Assembly: GCA_013115145.1 (NCBI GenBank)
Contig: JAAPAO010000066.1
Coordinates: 1-64,000 of the forward strand
Length of the DNA stretch: 64,000 bases
From: Perkinsus chesapeaki ATCC PRA-425
Lineage: Eukaryota; Protista; Perkinsozoa
Direction of reading: 5' to 3'
Part shown: positions 39,741 to 51,424 of the stretch, piece by piece
Layout: each line of letters starts with the position of its first letter
Numbering within the stretch: the first letter of the stretch is position 1
Position numbers and translations under genes: made by a program
Notes under the pieces: generated by a model
Told to the model about the DNA's origin: nothing
The model's input: only the letters and a program-made list of their open reading frames with translations
Database searches by the model: none

Positions 39741-40490
39741 TACCACTCCATCCGACCTACTGGCTGCTACATTACACAAATATGCGATAATGCAATACAG
39801 TGATTTAACCTCCGTTTGATCTACTATAGACTGGAACCCATACGTTAACTACTCATAAATCACTTAAAGGGAAACTATTGTTAGCAAACGCTTAGAGATT
39901 CCTAATGCAACTGCACCACACTCAACTTCACTAACTCGCACTGTAAAAAGGGGATGTTGGAAAACGAATCAGCAAGAGCAAAAATCAACTCGCTATCGGC
40001 GGCGTAAAAAATATTATTTGATCAACCGCAAAAATATGATGGAACATTCCAATTTTATCTTTCATTTAAATGGGCTTGACTTCTCCCATCGAGGCGCGGA
40101 TTGCCGAGGAAACCCAAGCGTCAGCGGATTACAACAGACTAATGCTGTACCATTCCCCCAGAATGGGTATTACGTGGGAGAGGGATAGTATCCATATTGG
40201 TTGAACTTCTTGTACATCACTACCGAGTAGAGACCGTAGGTAGCAACACCAAACGCAGCTGCTACACCACCAGAGGCGCACATAGTGAAATAAAGAAAAC
40301 GATCCTTTTTACGCCTGAGAAGGACAAGAACGCTGCTGGCGTGACGGAGACATTTATCTTAAGAAATAGGATCCTCCGGAAAGTGAAATGCAGAGGGTTT
40401 CATGAAGATGACGTAGCGCTGTGAAGCTTTTCGATGGTGCCTCAGCTTAAGCCTTGCGTCAGTTGTCAAGATAGAGGAATAAGCCTACCG

Positions 40491-40807
40491 CTCACTAGTA
40501 AGGATAGGCTTATCTCTCACTAGTAAGGATAGGCTTATCTCTCACTAGTAAGGATAGGCTTATCTCTCACTAGTAAGGATAGGCTTATCTCTCACTAGTA
40601 AGGATAGGCTTATCTCTCACTAGTAAGGATAGGCTANNNNNNNNNNNNNNNNNNNNNNNNNNNNNNNNNNNNNNNNNNNNNNNNNNNNNNNNNNNNNNNN
40701 NNNNNNNNNNNNNNNNNNNNNNNNNNNNNNNNNCGCTTATCTCTCACTAGTAAGGATAGGCTTATCTCTCACTAGTAAGGATAGGCTTATCTCTCACTAG
40801 TAAGGAT
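40491..40807. repeat. 25-bp tandem minisatellite (CTCACTAGTAAGGATAGGCTTATCT) spanning an assembly gap
   Basis: Identical head-to-tail copies on both sides of the N run, with no spacers. Confidence 0.95.
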
Positions 40808-41058
40808 TATCCCTCACTTAAAGTGTCCCTTATTACTCTTTTATTATCAAAGGCATTATTGATGCTATCAATGATGTAAGTGGCCCCAGGACAATCAGCG
40901 CCGCTATCAGAAAATTAAGGTAAAAGAATATCCTATAGAATCGGCATCTGAAATGACCATCATTAAGAGCACCGATACAATATCACAGTACCTTAAATTT
41001 AGCTGATAAACACAAAGCGGGGGACAGTCTGAGCCAGTCGCGGTAGAGAGAAGGCTTC

Positions 41059-41397
41059 CTACCGATTGCTTGGGTAGACCTGCCAACCATAGAGCGTTTC
41101 CGTCGGGCATGACGGCACACCTTGCTTTGCCATGGCAATGTCACAGGTGTTGCTTTGAATCTGTTTCCAAGTTAAATCGGCCGCTATTCTAAGAACTGGG
41201 GTGTATTTGCCGGAGGCTTTAAAAAGGCCGATATTCCTGAAAATGCTGGGGTCCCTCGAGATTTCAAAATTGGATGCATACCTTTCGGGGAACTTAAGGA
41301 CAGATATCATCGGATTGTATTGCCAATACGGAATGAAGACTAAGCACGCCATAAGACATAGACCTGATATATCGATAAAAGATTCAAAATAGGTCAA
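41059..41397 (-). CDS. Hypothetical membrane protein exon
   Basis: 112-aa ORF with one hydrophobic segment (GLCLMACLVFIPYW) and protein-like composition. No family recognised. Confidence 0.3.
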   Translation of the reverse strand: MTYFESFIDISGLCLMACLVFIPYWQYNPMISVLKFPERYASNFEISRDPSIFRNIGLFKASGKYTPVLRIAADLTWKQIQSNTCDIAMAKQGVPSCPTETLYGWQVYPSNR

Positions 41398-41949
41398 GTT
41401 GCCTACTCAGGAAGTTTATGATGAGAGCGAGATTTACCGCTCCATCATCCTTGTGTTTGGACTTCTTGCCCATTTACAATAATAGCTACAAAGATTCCAC
41501 CATCTCATCGATTCGACTTTCCCTCGACCATCCTGCGCCGTCCCTAAGCCCACCTTACAACTTCTTACCTTTCCTCAACGCTCATACATATATCGCACGC
41601 CCTAATGCCTCACGCATTCGGTCACATGTCACACGAATGTGTGAATCCGAACAATCTCGCCAGTTTGATCTTACAAGATCGTATCCAATCCTCCTCGCAG
41701 CTGGGTCTCCTCAAAAGAGACGGCTCATTTTGTCAGTAGAATGAGCAGTTCCGTATCACACGAGTTTTGACCATCGGTCTTTTCTCTGCGGTGGATAGGC
41801 CCATACCTCCTTTCTGTTTTGAAGGCGTACTGTTTCTAAAACTTTGACAGTTATACTTCAATTTTCAATGTTGAATTTTCTTCATAATAGCACGGCAAGT
41901 AATGGGAACCTTGACCGTAGTCAGCTCACTATGGTAAATGATGGTTCAA

Positions 41950-44900
41950 GTCAATGTTCATGTTGTTGTGCCTGGTAGGTACCAGAGGACCTTCCGTCCA
42001 TATCGTTCCGACATACCTTCGTTTTGATAGGGCGTGCCACTGTGTACTGCGAATTCGTTAAAATGGTGTGTAAAAGCAAAGCAGCGCGTTTCGCAATGTG
42101 CCAAAAAAGCCAGTATTCTATACGAGCCAATAATTCCGCCTGTGGTTCGAGTCGGTCGGACGTAAGCCAGGTGTCGTCCAGTAGCAGTCTTAATTTGGCC
42201 GCGCGACGTAGCGCAGCTAAACGTCAGCAGCCTGTCAGACGGACGAGTGATTCGTCGTTCAAGTAGGCAAAGGTTTGTGAGAGTGTTGAGGGTTGCTTCG
42301 ACAGAATATCCACCCATGAAGGCGTATAGTTAATGTATAACGCGATACTTGTAATATCTATGGCAAACTGATGCAATGCTGAGCTTCATGTTTAGCAGTT
42401 CTAGAGTCGATTTAAGAACATTTGCAATCGTGATGAGATCATCGTGGAACTTTAGATGATTTCAAATTATTGCTTGACAGACTCTCGTTAAACTAAACAT
42501 GTGGTACTCCTCATTTTGAGTTTCGCGAATCCTGGCAGTTTCAAGCTTCAAGAATCTTTCCGTTTCAGATGCTACTGCCAGATAGAAACTGCCAATATCC
42601 AGCGCTCGGCTTCCCGTGGTGGTTCTCAGCTATTATCAATCCAGCGATCAGCATCTAACCTATCCCCTGAAGCTCGCTGTACGGCCTCTAACCATTCGAC
42701 GCCTGTTTGCCGTTCGATATCGAATTCAATTTCCAGACAGCGTTTGACCGGCAATGTCCTTATCAGCCGAGTTTGCTTCGAAAATGTAGGACAACTGCTA
42801 CAAATTATTATTGTATGTCTTCCTCTGCCAGGTATCCTACAAATACTCATCCTACATCCCCCGGCTCAGCTGCTCCAATGCGGTGCTCAATACAGCATTC
42901 CTCTTCCTTCTACCGTTGGACCCGCCCTCCAGTAAAGAAACCGTCGTGGCAGGTTCTTGCGCTAACTGTTTTAATATGTTCACTATCACCGATTCGTCCC
43001 GACAGACGCGTTCCGATCTCCTGGTAAGTTGACCTCGCTCGCCCCCTTCAGCTTCTTCTGCTGTTTTGATCCCTTCGCGCCACGTGCTTCCGAAATCGCT
43101 TTGTTCCTTTTCATTTAAGAATACCCTCATGCTTTCAGAAGGAAGATATCAACATGCTCGATCTCCGGTTGCGGCAATGCCAAAGGATGATCCAGAGTTG
43201 GGGTAAACGTTACGGTGAACCCTTGGTGACGCTGGTTGTTCTGTCTGATGACTACTCTGGTCGTAAGCCCTCTTATGGTCGACAAGAAGCTCGAGCAGCA
43301 GTCGAGGGTTTATGGAAGAAGTGGGGCCCTAGCGGTGAAGGCGTCCTTAGCGAGAGGTTCGACTATGAGTGGGATGGCGACCGATTGCACACTCTGGTCA
43401 CCAACTTGTCCGAGATGCTCACGCAAAACTGGCGGACTAATAGTGTCAAGTCCCATTAGTGTCGCCTTCGTCACCTACTAGCTTGAGACTAGTCAAGGTG
43501 TTTGGATAGCTGTCAATTCTGTTGTTCAACCTGCACCATTGGTTTGACCATTCTTATGGCGTTTCCGCCAAGTGACGTGTGTAGGCGTTTTAGTCATTAA
43601 CTGTAACACAACATGATTGTCTCCTCGTTAGAGCTCATGCCTTCGCCGTGCGCTATGATCACATTTAATAAAAGCCCTTCGTCGTTCAGCATCGACTTCT
43701 CCCGGTTCCAGAGGGCGATCGGCGTAGATGTCCTGGTAGCAGATGGGGGAGATACACCTGTCAATGGCGAGGAGAAAGGGAATGTTTTGTGTGAATGTTA
43801 AAGCACCTGTCAATGCAAGCCTCCATGTGATCGTTGTTGTTGAGGTTACGACACTCTGGTGAGCGAGAGCAGCGAGAGCGTCGTTGTGTCCAACTTCGGG
43901 ATAGAACGCAGCATGGTGTGATGAGGAGGAATATTAAGAGGTGTTGGAATAATACGAACATTAGGACAACTGAGTGACAGAGGGAGGAGGAGACTTGTTG
44001 CAATCAATAATCTGATAAATGGATGGAATGAAAAGGTCATCTTTTATGGGATAATGAACGATGAATATTTGAATCTGATTAAGATGGTTTGAAGTTACAT
44101 CCGACGGTGACTGTTCCCACGTAGATGGTTTAATTGACAACGAAAGAGAGCAAGGGTCAACCAATAGAAATGGCAAAGTGCAAAAAAGTCAGAGGTTGAC
44201 GGTAGTGTGACGAATAAGACAATTGGAAGTGCATTGCCGCATCAAGAAGCCTCGAGCTCCTCCGAAGTCATAGCTCTGCTCTCGATTATTGGTGTGAGCG
44301 TCCCATTAGTAAACGGTGATGAGGCTTTGTTGCTGCCTGGGTGGCGTTTCTTCGCCTTGGGAGTTGGCTTGGAAGTGCCACCGTAAATCCTGAGAGTACC
44401 AGAATGCAGAAGGTATTGCTCATCGAAGATTCTCACCATTCAAGCTTATCCAGTCCATGGTTTAAACCGGTCCGACGTTCTTGACGGCGGAGTCCGCAAA
44501 AAGATAACAACTTCAACCATCGTTCGTTGAACGATTCACCGTGTCCAACTTTCCGGTCAGAGATTTTCCGCTCTGAAGAATGAATCGAGTTGTGAGCATT
44601 AGTACCCGAAGACGACTCACCGCCTTGCTGGAGGCATCCCATACAAGGGTGGATACAACGGGAGGGAAAACAATAATAGCCGGATGGCAGTACGTCACGT
44701 TCTTGCTCTCTTACCAATCTTGCTTTTCCTCAACTATGTGGACGCGTGCAACTTTCTGTCACCTTTGGTCCTTTGCCGACTGCTGGAGGGTACATGTCAC
44801 ATACTTCTCGCTGCGTGGTATATAATAACGAATCGATATATCAACAATGTTGTTATATACACACTCGACTTCTCCATTAACTCACAAGCTTGGGAAATCA

Positions 44901-45250
44901 CAAGAACTGCTTTGGGGAAGAACTCGGCGGTGTAGCATCGAACAGCAGCCGAATCTTTCGATTAAATTTGATAAGTGAACGTTTACCATAGCCAACGCGT
45001 CATCGAGGTTATATTGTGCTGGGAAGCCTTTTCCTAGGGTGTATCCCACTGCACTTTGACACCTTACGTTGCCGCTTGCTTGATTGTGAATGAGAAGGAG
45101 CATGCCATATTAAAGATTATCGCGAAGGCTTCCGATTGCTATAGGTTCCATCATCGAGCTCAGGATGCAGAGACATTCAATATTCTGCACTCCAACACAA
45201 CCGGCTTCCCCGGAGACGCCATTTCACAGCACAGCAATTGTCCCCAGTGC
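41950..45250 (-). mobile_element. Decayed Ty3/gypsy-like LTR retrotransposon pol (order RT-RNase H-integrase)
   Basis: On the minus strand in order: YNLDDAL (RT YxDD-like, about 45.0 kb), LVWDASSKAV (RNase H TDAS-like, about 44.65 kb), CSSCPTF (integrase zinc finger, about 42.8 kb) and VHSGTPYQNEGMSERYGR (integrase core PY.PQ.NG..ER, about 42.0 kb). Many stops; no LTRs identified. Confidence 0.55.
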
Positions 45251-45345
45251 TAAGATGCCTGTCTAGCGCCGATTAATCTGTGGAGCCACTTGACAGGTGT
45301 TCATGTACACTGTTTGTTAGTAATTGTTTTATTTAATTTACCAAT

Positions 45346-46310
45346 ATGAGTTCTCGTGTTGTAGTGAAGTTTCACTTCAAGTCGGAAATACTCCGAATAA
45401 GAGCTGTTGCAGAGGACTTTGATTCGATCGACAAGGTCCGAGAATACGTGGCTGACTGCTGGCCGGAGCTTCGTGGTAAAGACTTTGAGATTCAGTACAA
45501 GGACTACGGTGATGTTAAGAGAGTTCTCAACGAGCATTCGATAGATCATGCTTTTGATGTCGCCCACGATAAGGTCCGAAAAGTCACTCAGATCCCCTGT
45601 GTTGATTTCTTCGTAACGGAGAAGGTCAATGTTGCTGATAACAAGCAGGGTGAGGCTAAGATACCAGAAGAAAAGAAGCAACAAGAAGCTGCTAAGGAGG
45701 GTACCTGCCCTGCTATGAGCAAGTGCCCTTATATGGCTGCTAAGGAAGGTACCTGTCCTGCTATGAGCAAGTGCCCTTATATGGCTGCTAAAGAGGGTAC
45801 CTGTCCTGCTATGAGCAAGTGCCCTTATATGGCTGCTAAGGAGGGTACCTGTCCTGCTACGAGCAAGTGCCCTTGTATGGCTGTAAAGGAGGGTACCTGT
45901 CCTGCTATGAGCAAGTGCCCTTATATGGCTGCTAAGGAAGGTACCTGTCCTGCTATGAGCAAGTGCCCTTCNNNNNNNNNNNNNNNNNNNNNNNNNNNNN
46001 NNNNNNNNNNNNNNNNNNNNNNNNNNNNNNNNNNNNNNNNNNNNNNNNNNNNNNNNNNNNNNNNNNNNCCTGTCCTGCTATGAGCAAGTGCCCTTATATG
46101 GCTGCTAAGGAAGGTACCTGTCCTGCTATGAGCAAGTGCCCTTATATGGCTGCTAAGGAAGGTACCTGTCCTGCTATGAGCAAGTGCCCTTATATGGCTG
46201 CTAAGGAAGGTACCTGTCCTGCTATGATGTGTCACTATGCAATGGTCTGTCCACAGAACTACTGTTGTTGTTGTCCTTGCCCATATTGCTGTCATTACTG
46301 CAGTTGTTAA
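45346..46310 (+). CDS. PB1-domain protein A with tandem 16-aa Cys-Pro repeats and a poly-Cys tail (spans an assembly gap)
   Basis: N-terminal VVVKFHFKSEILRIR...CWPELRGKDFEIQY, then (AAKEGTCPAMSKCPYM)n with at least 9 units visible (48-bp repeat), ending CPQNYCCCCPCPYCCHYCSC*. The frame change across the gap is attributable to the arbitrary N length. Confidence 0.85.
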
Positions 46311-47238
46311 GCTACTCAATTCCCTCCAAATCAGTAGTTACTCGCGTATTCGCTTTCCGTTAATCTTCATTTGTTTGAAACTCTAAAAGACCCGTTTATT
46401 TCACATTTCGTACGTCGTTGAGTTGCCTAGTTGAGGCGAGATGATTTTTAAAATGGTGGATGGTTGGGGAGATGGAAAAAATGAAATTTGAAAATGTGCG
46501 AAATTATTGTTTCTCCATCTTTTATATTTATTGAGGTATTAATAGAATATATGATGATGTACATTTCTTTCTCGAAAGATGTCCTGGTTTTTACCAGGAC
46601 ATATAGCAGTAAATTTGATATCGATCAAGGAGCTTCTCGCAAGGAGGCCAATTAGAGAATCAAAACAACGTTTGGATAGTTCCTGTTTGTGACGAGCGCA
46701 TGAAAAGTGAAGTAGACAGCATTTGTGTTGCGCATAATACATGTGCCTCACATCGCGCTGAAGAGCGCCCACTACCGAGACTGCTACGGGAATGAGCGTT
46801 GCTACCAGCAGAAACTTGGTAGATTGTGATTTGAGCTCAAAAGCTTTGAAAGATCCCCCTAGTCACTTTCTCACTGCACAATTAAGACTTTCATCATCAT
46901 TATCTTTCACTTGGTGTAATATGGCGCATATCTTTCTACATCTTCTTGTTGCACAGCATCACCTGCCCAACACAATACTTTATAACTTATTGTGAAGTGC
47001 GCTTACCCTACATGTGGTAGATAGTTGCCTAAGAACATAATTTCCTACCCGTCCTTTGTGTGAGAGGATCTTTCTCAGCTTTGTGTGAATCTGTCTCTGT
47101 GTCCGTCGGAATTTCTCAACAGACGCTAAACATTACTACTTGGTGTAATGGGCCATTTCCTCTTTGTGAACTTGTTTGCCATGTTGTCATGGGTTGCTCT
47201 TCATCAGTTGTATAAGTTATTCTTTCTTCTAAGTTGTC

Positions 47239-48459
47239 ATGTGTGATCAAGTCGTTCTAAAGTTCCATTTCAATTCGGATATCGTCCGCGTGCGTGCCAG
47301 TCCCAGCGACTGCGACTCTGTAGCGAAACTGCACGAGTATGCAGCTGACGCCTGGCCAGAGCTCAGAGGCAAACACTTCGATATCGTCTTCTGTGACGGT
47401 CTAGGTGCGAAGGACATCTTGGATGAGGAGAAGCTCGGTAAATTGTTATCAGAGGCATCTGGCTCTGATAGCACTTCGAGAAACATCGGCCTATTCGTGG
47501 AGGAGCGCGCTGATGATGATGAGGCAGCAGCAGCAGCAACTGCTGATGAGAAACCCGGTACTACTGCTGATAACGATGGTGCATGTCAGTGCCCAATGAA
47601 GGGTCCTTGTCCATGTATATGTATGTGCCATCATATGATGGGTTGCTGTCCTGCTATGGCCAAGTGCCCCTATATGGCAGGCAAGTGTGGTGATGCTTGC
47701 AAGTGCACTGNNNNNNNNNNNNNNNNNNNNNNNNNNNNNNNNNNNNNNNNNNNNNNNNNNNNNNNNNNNNNNNNNNNNNNNNNNNNNNNNNNNNNNNNNN
47801 NNNCTCTGGCAGGCAAGTGTGGTGATGCTTGCAAGTGCCCTGCTATGATGGGTTGCTGTCCTGCTATGGCCAAGTGCCCCTATATGGCAGTCAAGTGTGG
47901 TGATGCTTGCAAGTGCCCTGCTATGATGGGTTGCTGTCCTGCTATGGCCAAGTGCCCCTATATGGCAGGCAAGTGTGGTGATGCTTGCAAGTGCGGTGAT
48001 GCCTGCAAGTGCGGTGATGCCTGCAAGTGCGGTGATGCCTGCAAGTGCGGTGATGCTTGCAAGTGCGGTGATGCCTGCAAGTGCGGTGATGCCTGTAACA
48101 AGGCATCTTCAAGCTTATCGGGCTTGCCGGTAATGAGATGCCATGGCATGTTGGTCTGCCCTGTTATGAGACACCACGGTTCAGTTTGCTGCCCCATGCG
48201 CAAGTGTTGCAACCCTGCTGCTGTCGAGAAGCCCGCCTCTGAAGGTTCCCAGACCCCAGACGCTTCTCAGGAGTCTTGCTGCCAGAAGGAGCGTTCTTCT
48301 TGCCCTTGCTGCTGCTTCTGCCCAGCTGCTGCCATGGAATGCCCCTACATACACCGTGCGTGCATGTGCCCTATTATCCGATGCCACCTAATGATGATGA
48401 TGGCCAATTGCCCTGCCCACTGTTGCGCTCCTGTTGCTGAGACCGCAAAAGAAGACTAG
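47239..48459 (+). CDS. PB1-domain protein B fused to a metallothionein-like Cys-rich region
   Basis: VVLKFHFNSDIVRVR...AWPELRGKHFDIVF, 26-aa repeats MMGCCPAMAKCPYMAGKCGDACKCPA, then 7 tandem KCGDAC units and a Cys/Met-rich tail. Single ORF through the gap. Confidence 0.85.
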   Translation: MCDQVVLKFHFNSDIVRVRASPSDCDSVAKLHEYAADAWPELRGKHFDIVFCDGLGAKDILDEEKLGKLLSEASGSDSTSRNIGLFVEERADDDEAAAAATADEKPGTTADNDGACQCPMKGPCPCICMCHHMMGCCPAMAKCPYMAGKCGDACKCTXXXXXXXXXXXXXXXXXXXXXXXXXXXXXXXXLAGKCGDACKCPAMMGCCPAMAKCPYMAVKCGDACKCPAMMGCCPAMAKCPYMAGKCGDACKCGDACKCGDACKCGDACKCGDACKCGDACKCGDACNKASSSLSGLPVMRCHGMLVCPVMRHHGSVCCPMRKCCNPAAVEKPASEGSQTPDASQESCCQKERSSCPCCCFCPAAAMECPYIHRACMCPIIRCHLMMMMANCPAHCCAPVAETAKED

Positions 48460-49351
48460 GCAAATGGTATTCATACTTTTCTCTGAAGAGTGTTATTAAA
48501 GACAATTAATCGTCGAGATGATCTCCGCGTTCATTATGAACGAAATACCACTTTTAAGGTAACGATATATTACCCTTACTTTGCCTAAAGTTGTTGCTGT
48601 TTACGCATAGCTTTTTCCAATCTCAATTAATGTTGTGTTCTTTCCAAATTGAATGTTTTCTACTATTCGTATTTACAGCCTTAGATCGAACATTCCCAAA
48701 TACTATCTTTCCCTCTGCGGTTGGACTGTTATTATTCGGTCACTAGGTTTCTAGGGGTGACGTGGGCCACTATGGCCATTTAACGAGTAGTTCGAGTTCT
48801 GCAGCTATGTGTTTTACCAAGATAGTTCTATCTGTTGGTATGCACTGAGTCCGCATATATTAACAGCGTCGCTGTAACAGCGATCCTGATTATGTTACTT
48901 CCTAATAGCACAATAACAGCTATCATGTGCTGTAGTGGCGTCGTAGATACTGTTGGCTTATATAATGTATTATTAAGTCACCGGCTTTAGGAGTTGAAGG
49001 AGTTATATTCTTCCTGCTTGCAACAGCAGCACAACGCTATTCGTGGGTGGCTCTACTTTGCCGTGTGTGTGGGAGTTTATAGTCTAACGCCGAATAGGGT
49101 TTAGTTGGACTATCCATTCTGTGTCGTGTCGTTATGATGCCAGAGCTACGTAGTAGAGGTTGTACCATTTTTACACAATGTGGGACATGTTGTCCCCCTA
49201 AGCTAGTGAGCATCTTGTGGTAGGCATCGCGGAAAGGTATCTTTAGGTCAAGCGTGCATGATACAAAAAAAGTCAGAGTAGAGCCACCACATGAGCGCCC
49301 ATCAAGATCATCGTTTTTGGCAGTTATTATTAATATACCTGATTATAAACT

Positions 49352-51424
49352 ATGAGTGACCAAATAGTTCTGAAGCTTCATTTCAATTCGGAGATCGTCC
49401 GAGTAAGAGTCGCATCTTCTGAATGCTCCTCCTACTCTCAAGTGTGTTCTTACATAACCAGCACTTGGCCCCAACTGGCTAGCAGCGACTTCGCCGTCTA
49501 CTACGTTGATGATGAGAATGATAAGTGCCTGTTGAACGATCGTTCCCTTGCTGATGCCGCTGAAGTGTCTAAGGAGATCGCCGCCAATAACAACAAGAAG
49601 ACTCCAAGCATCGACTTGTACGTCGAAATCGCCGCCAGAAAGGCCGAGGAGAAGGAAGAGCCCAAGCCCGAGCCCAAGCAGCCTGCCGATTTCTTCGGTA
49701 ACGTTGCCAGCTGTGACGTCTGTGGTCAGTACCCTATCTTTGGAATGAGGTACAAGTGCCAGACTTGCCCTGACTACGACATGTGTGAGACTTGCTACGA
49801 TAATCGTACTTCTGAGACTCACGATCCCTCACATAAGTTCACTCAGCTGCCCGGTGTCCAAGTCCCGCCGATGTTCCCTTGGTTCATGATGAATGGTGGC
49901 TGCCCGGTTGCCGGCAAGGGCAAGGGCAAGGGCAAGGGCAAAGGCAAGGGCTACTGTGGCGACCGTGCTGCCGACGGTAGCTTTCCCTTCAACGCAATGT
50001 TCTTTGGCGGCAAGGGCAAGGGAAAGGGCAAAGGAAAGGGATGCTGCAGTGAAGATTGGTTGAAGAACCTCTGGGCCCAAGGGAAGGCCGCTGCTGACCA
50101 GTTCGCTATGGCTGCTGGGATTCATCCTGGAGTGACCTGTGATGGGTGTGGTGTCAGCCCCATTGTCGGGCTGAGGTGAGTTTGCTTCCCATCACTCTCG
50201 CTTAACATTGCGCATGTTCAGGTACAAGTGTCTCACCTGCCCTAACTACGACCTTTGTTCCAAGTGCTACAACAACGACAAGATCGTTCATGATCACCCT
50301 AGAGAGGACTTCTGGGGGATGACTCCCGAAGATACCATTGACCTGAAGAATGGTGATGAGCCGCCTAAGTCCCCATCTGCTGCTGCTGCTGACCAGCAAG
50401 AGCGGGAGAAGACCCCTGAGAAGAAGCAGCCTGAGCAGCAGGAGGCCTCTGAGAAGAAGCAGCCCGAGCAGCAGGAGGCCTCTGAGAAGAAGCAGCCTGA
50501 TCAGCAGGAGGCCTCTGAGAAGAAGCAGCCTGATCAGCAGGAGGCCTCTGAGAAGAAGCAGCCTGAGCAGCAGGATGCCTCTGAGAAGAAGCAGCCTACT
50601 GAGGAGGATAAAGGTAGGGTTAGACAATTTTGTTGCTGTTGTATTGCCTGTCCTTCTTCGCCCCAGATACTGCGTCTGATGCTGGAAGCTGGACTCATGT
50701 CGATTCTCAAGCAACTCAACAACAACAACAACAACCTTCATGCGCCCAACTTGATGCGCAGCAAGATGCCTTAGAGAAAGAGGACGCCGTCAAGAGCTCA
50801 GCCAAGGATACGGAGGCAGTCTCTGACTCCAAGACTGACAACAAGTCCGCCGAGGTTCCGGAGACTACCCCTACGCAGACCCCCGGAAATGCAGCTGTCC
50901 CTGCCGAGTCTGCGGATGGCGCTGCTCAAGAGGCTGGCGAGCCGAAGGCAGCCGAGCCACGCTCTCGCGGCGGTGTAGAGGAGCCTCAGATCTCTGAAGC
51001 CCCAGCAGCGGCGCAAGAACAGAGCCAGCCTGCTGCTGATGGACAACAACAGGTGGGTTGTGTGGCGCTGCATTTCGGTAGCGTATTTTCGTGTCTTTTT
51101 TAGGGAAGCGGGGAGTCCACCGTGGAGACTATCATGAACTTGATGACGAATCTCGGATTGGTTCAAAACAGGGACGCTGCGGGGCAGTTCGTCCGTGATG
51201 TGGTGAGTCACTTGAACTGGCGGGTTTTGTTTCATTGTGGATTTCAGATGAGCACAAGCCAAGACATCACCAGTATGGTCGACCACTTCCGTACCCACGC
51301 CGAGGCCGTCCAAAACCAAATGAGACAAGCCCAGGAGCAAATGAGGCAGGCACAGGAGCAACTTCACCAAGCTCAACAACAGCAACAACAGCAGCAGCCG
51401 CAGCCGCAGCAGCAGCAACCCTAA
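49352..51424 (+). CDS. p62/SQSTM1-NBR1-like selective autophagy receptor: PB1-ZZ-ZZ-LIR-UBA-like, multi-exon
   Basis: PB1 with basic K (LKLHF) and OPCA (YVDDEND). ZZ1 CDVCGQYPIFGMRYKCQTCPDYDMCETCY...HDPSH. ZZ2 HPGVTCDGCGVSPIVGLR|YKCLTCPNYDLCSKCY. 11-aa EKKQPEQQEAS repeats. SDAGSWTHVDS (W-x-x-V). C-terminal LMTNLGL helical segment and polyQ. Confidence 0.85.

Noticed and set aside
45960-46080. Apparent frameshift in PB1 gene A
   Set aside because: It coincides with an arbitrary-length N gap inside a 48-bp tandem repeat, so it is not evidence of pseudogenisation or recoding.
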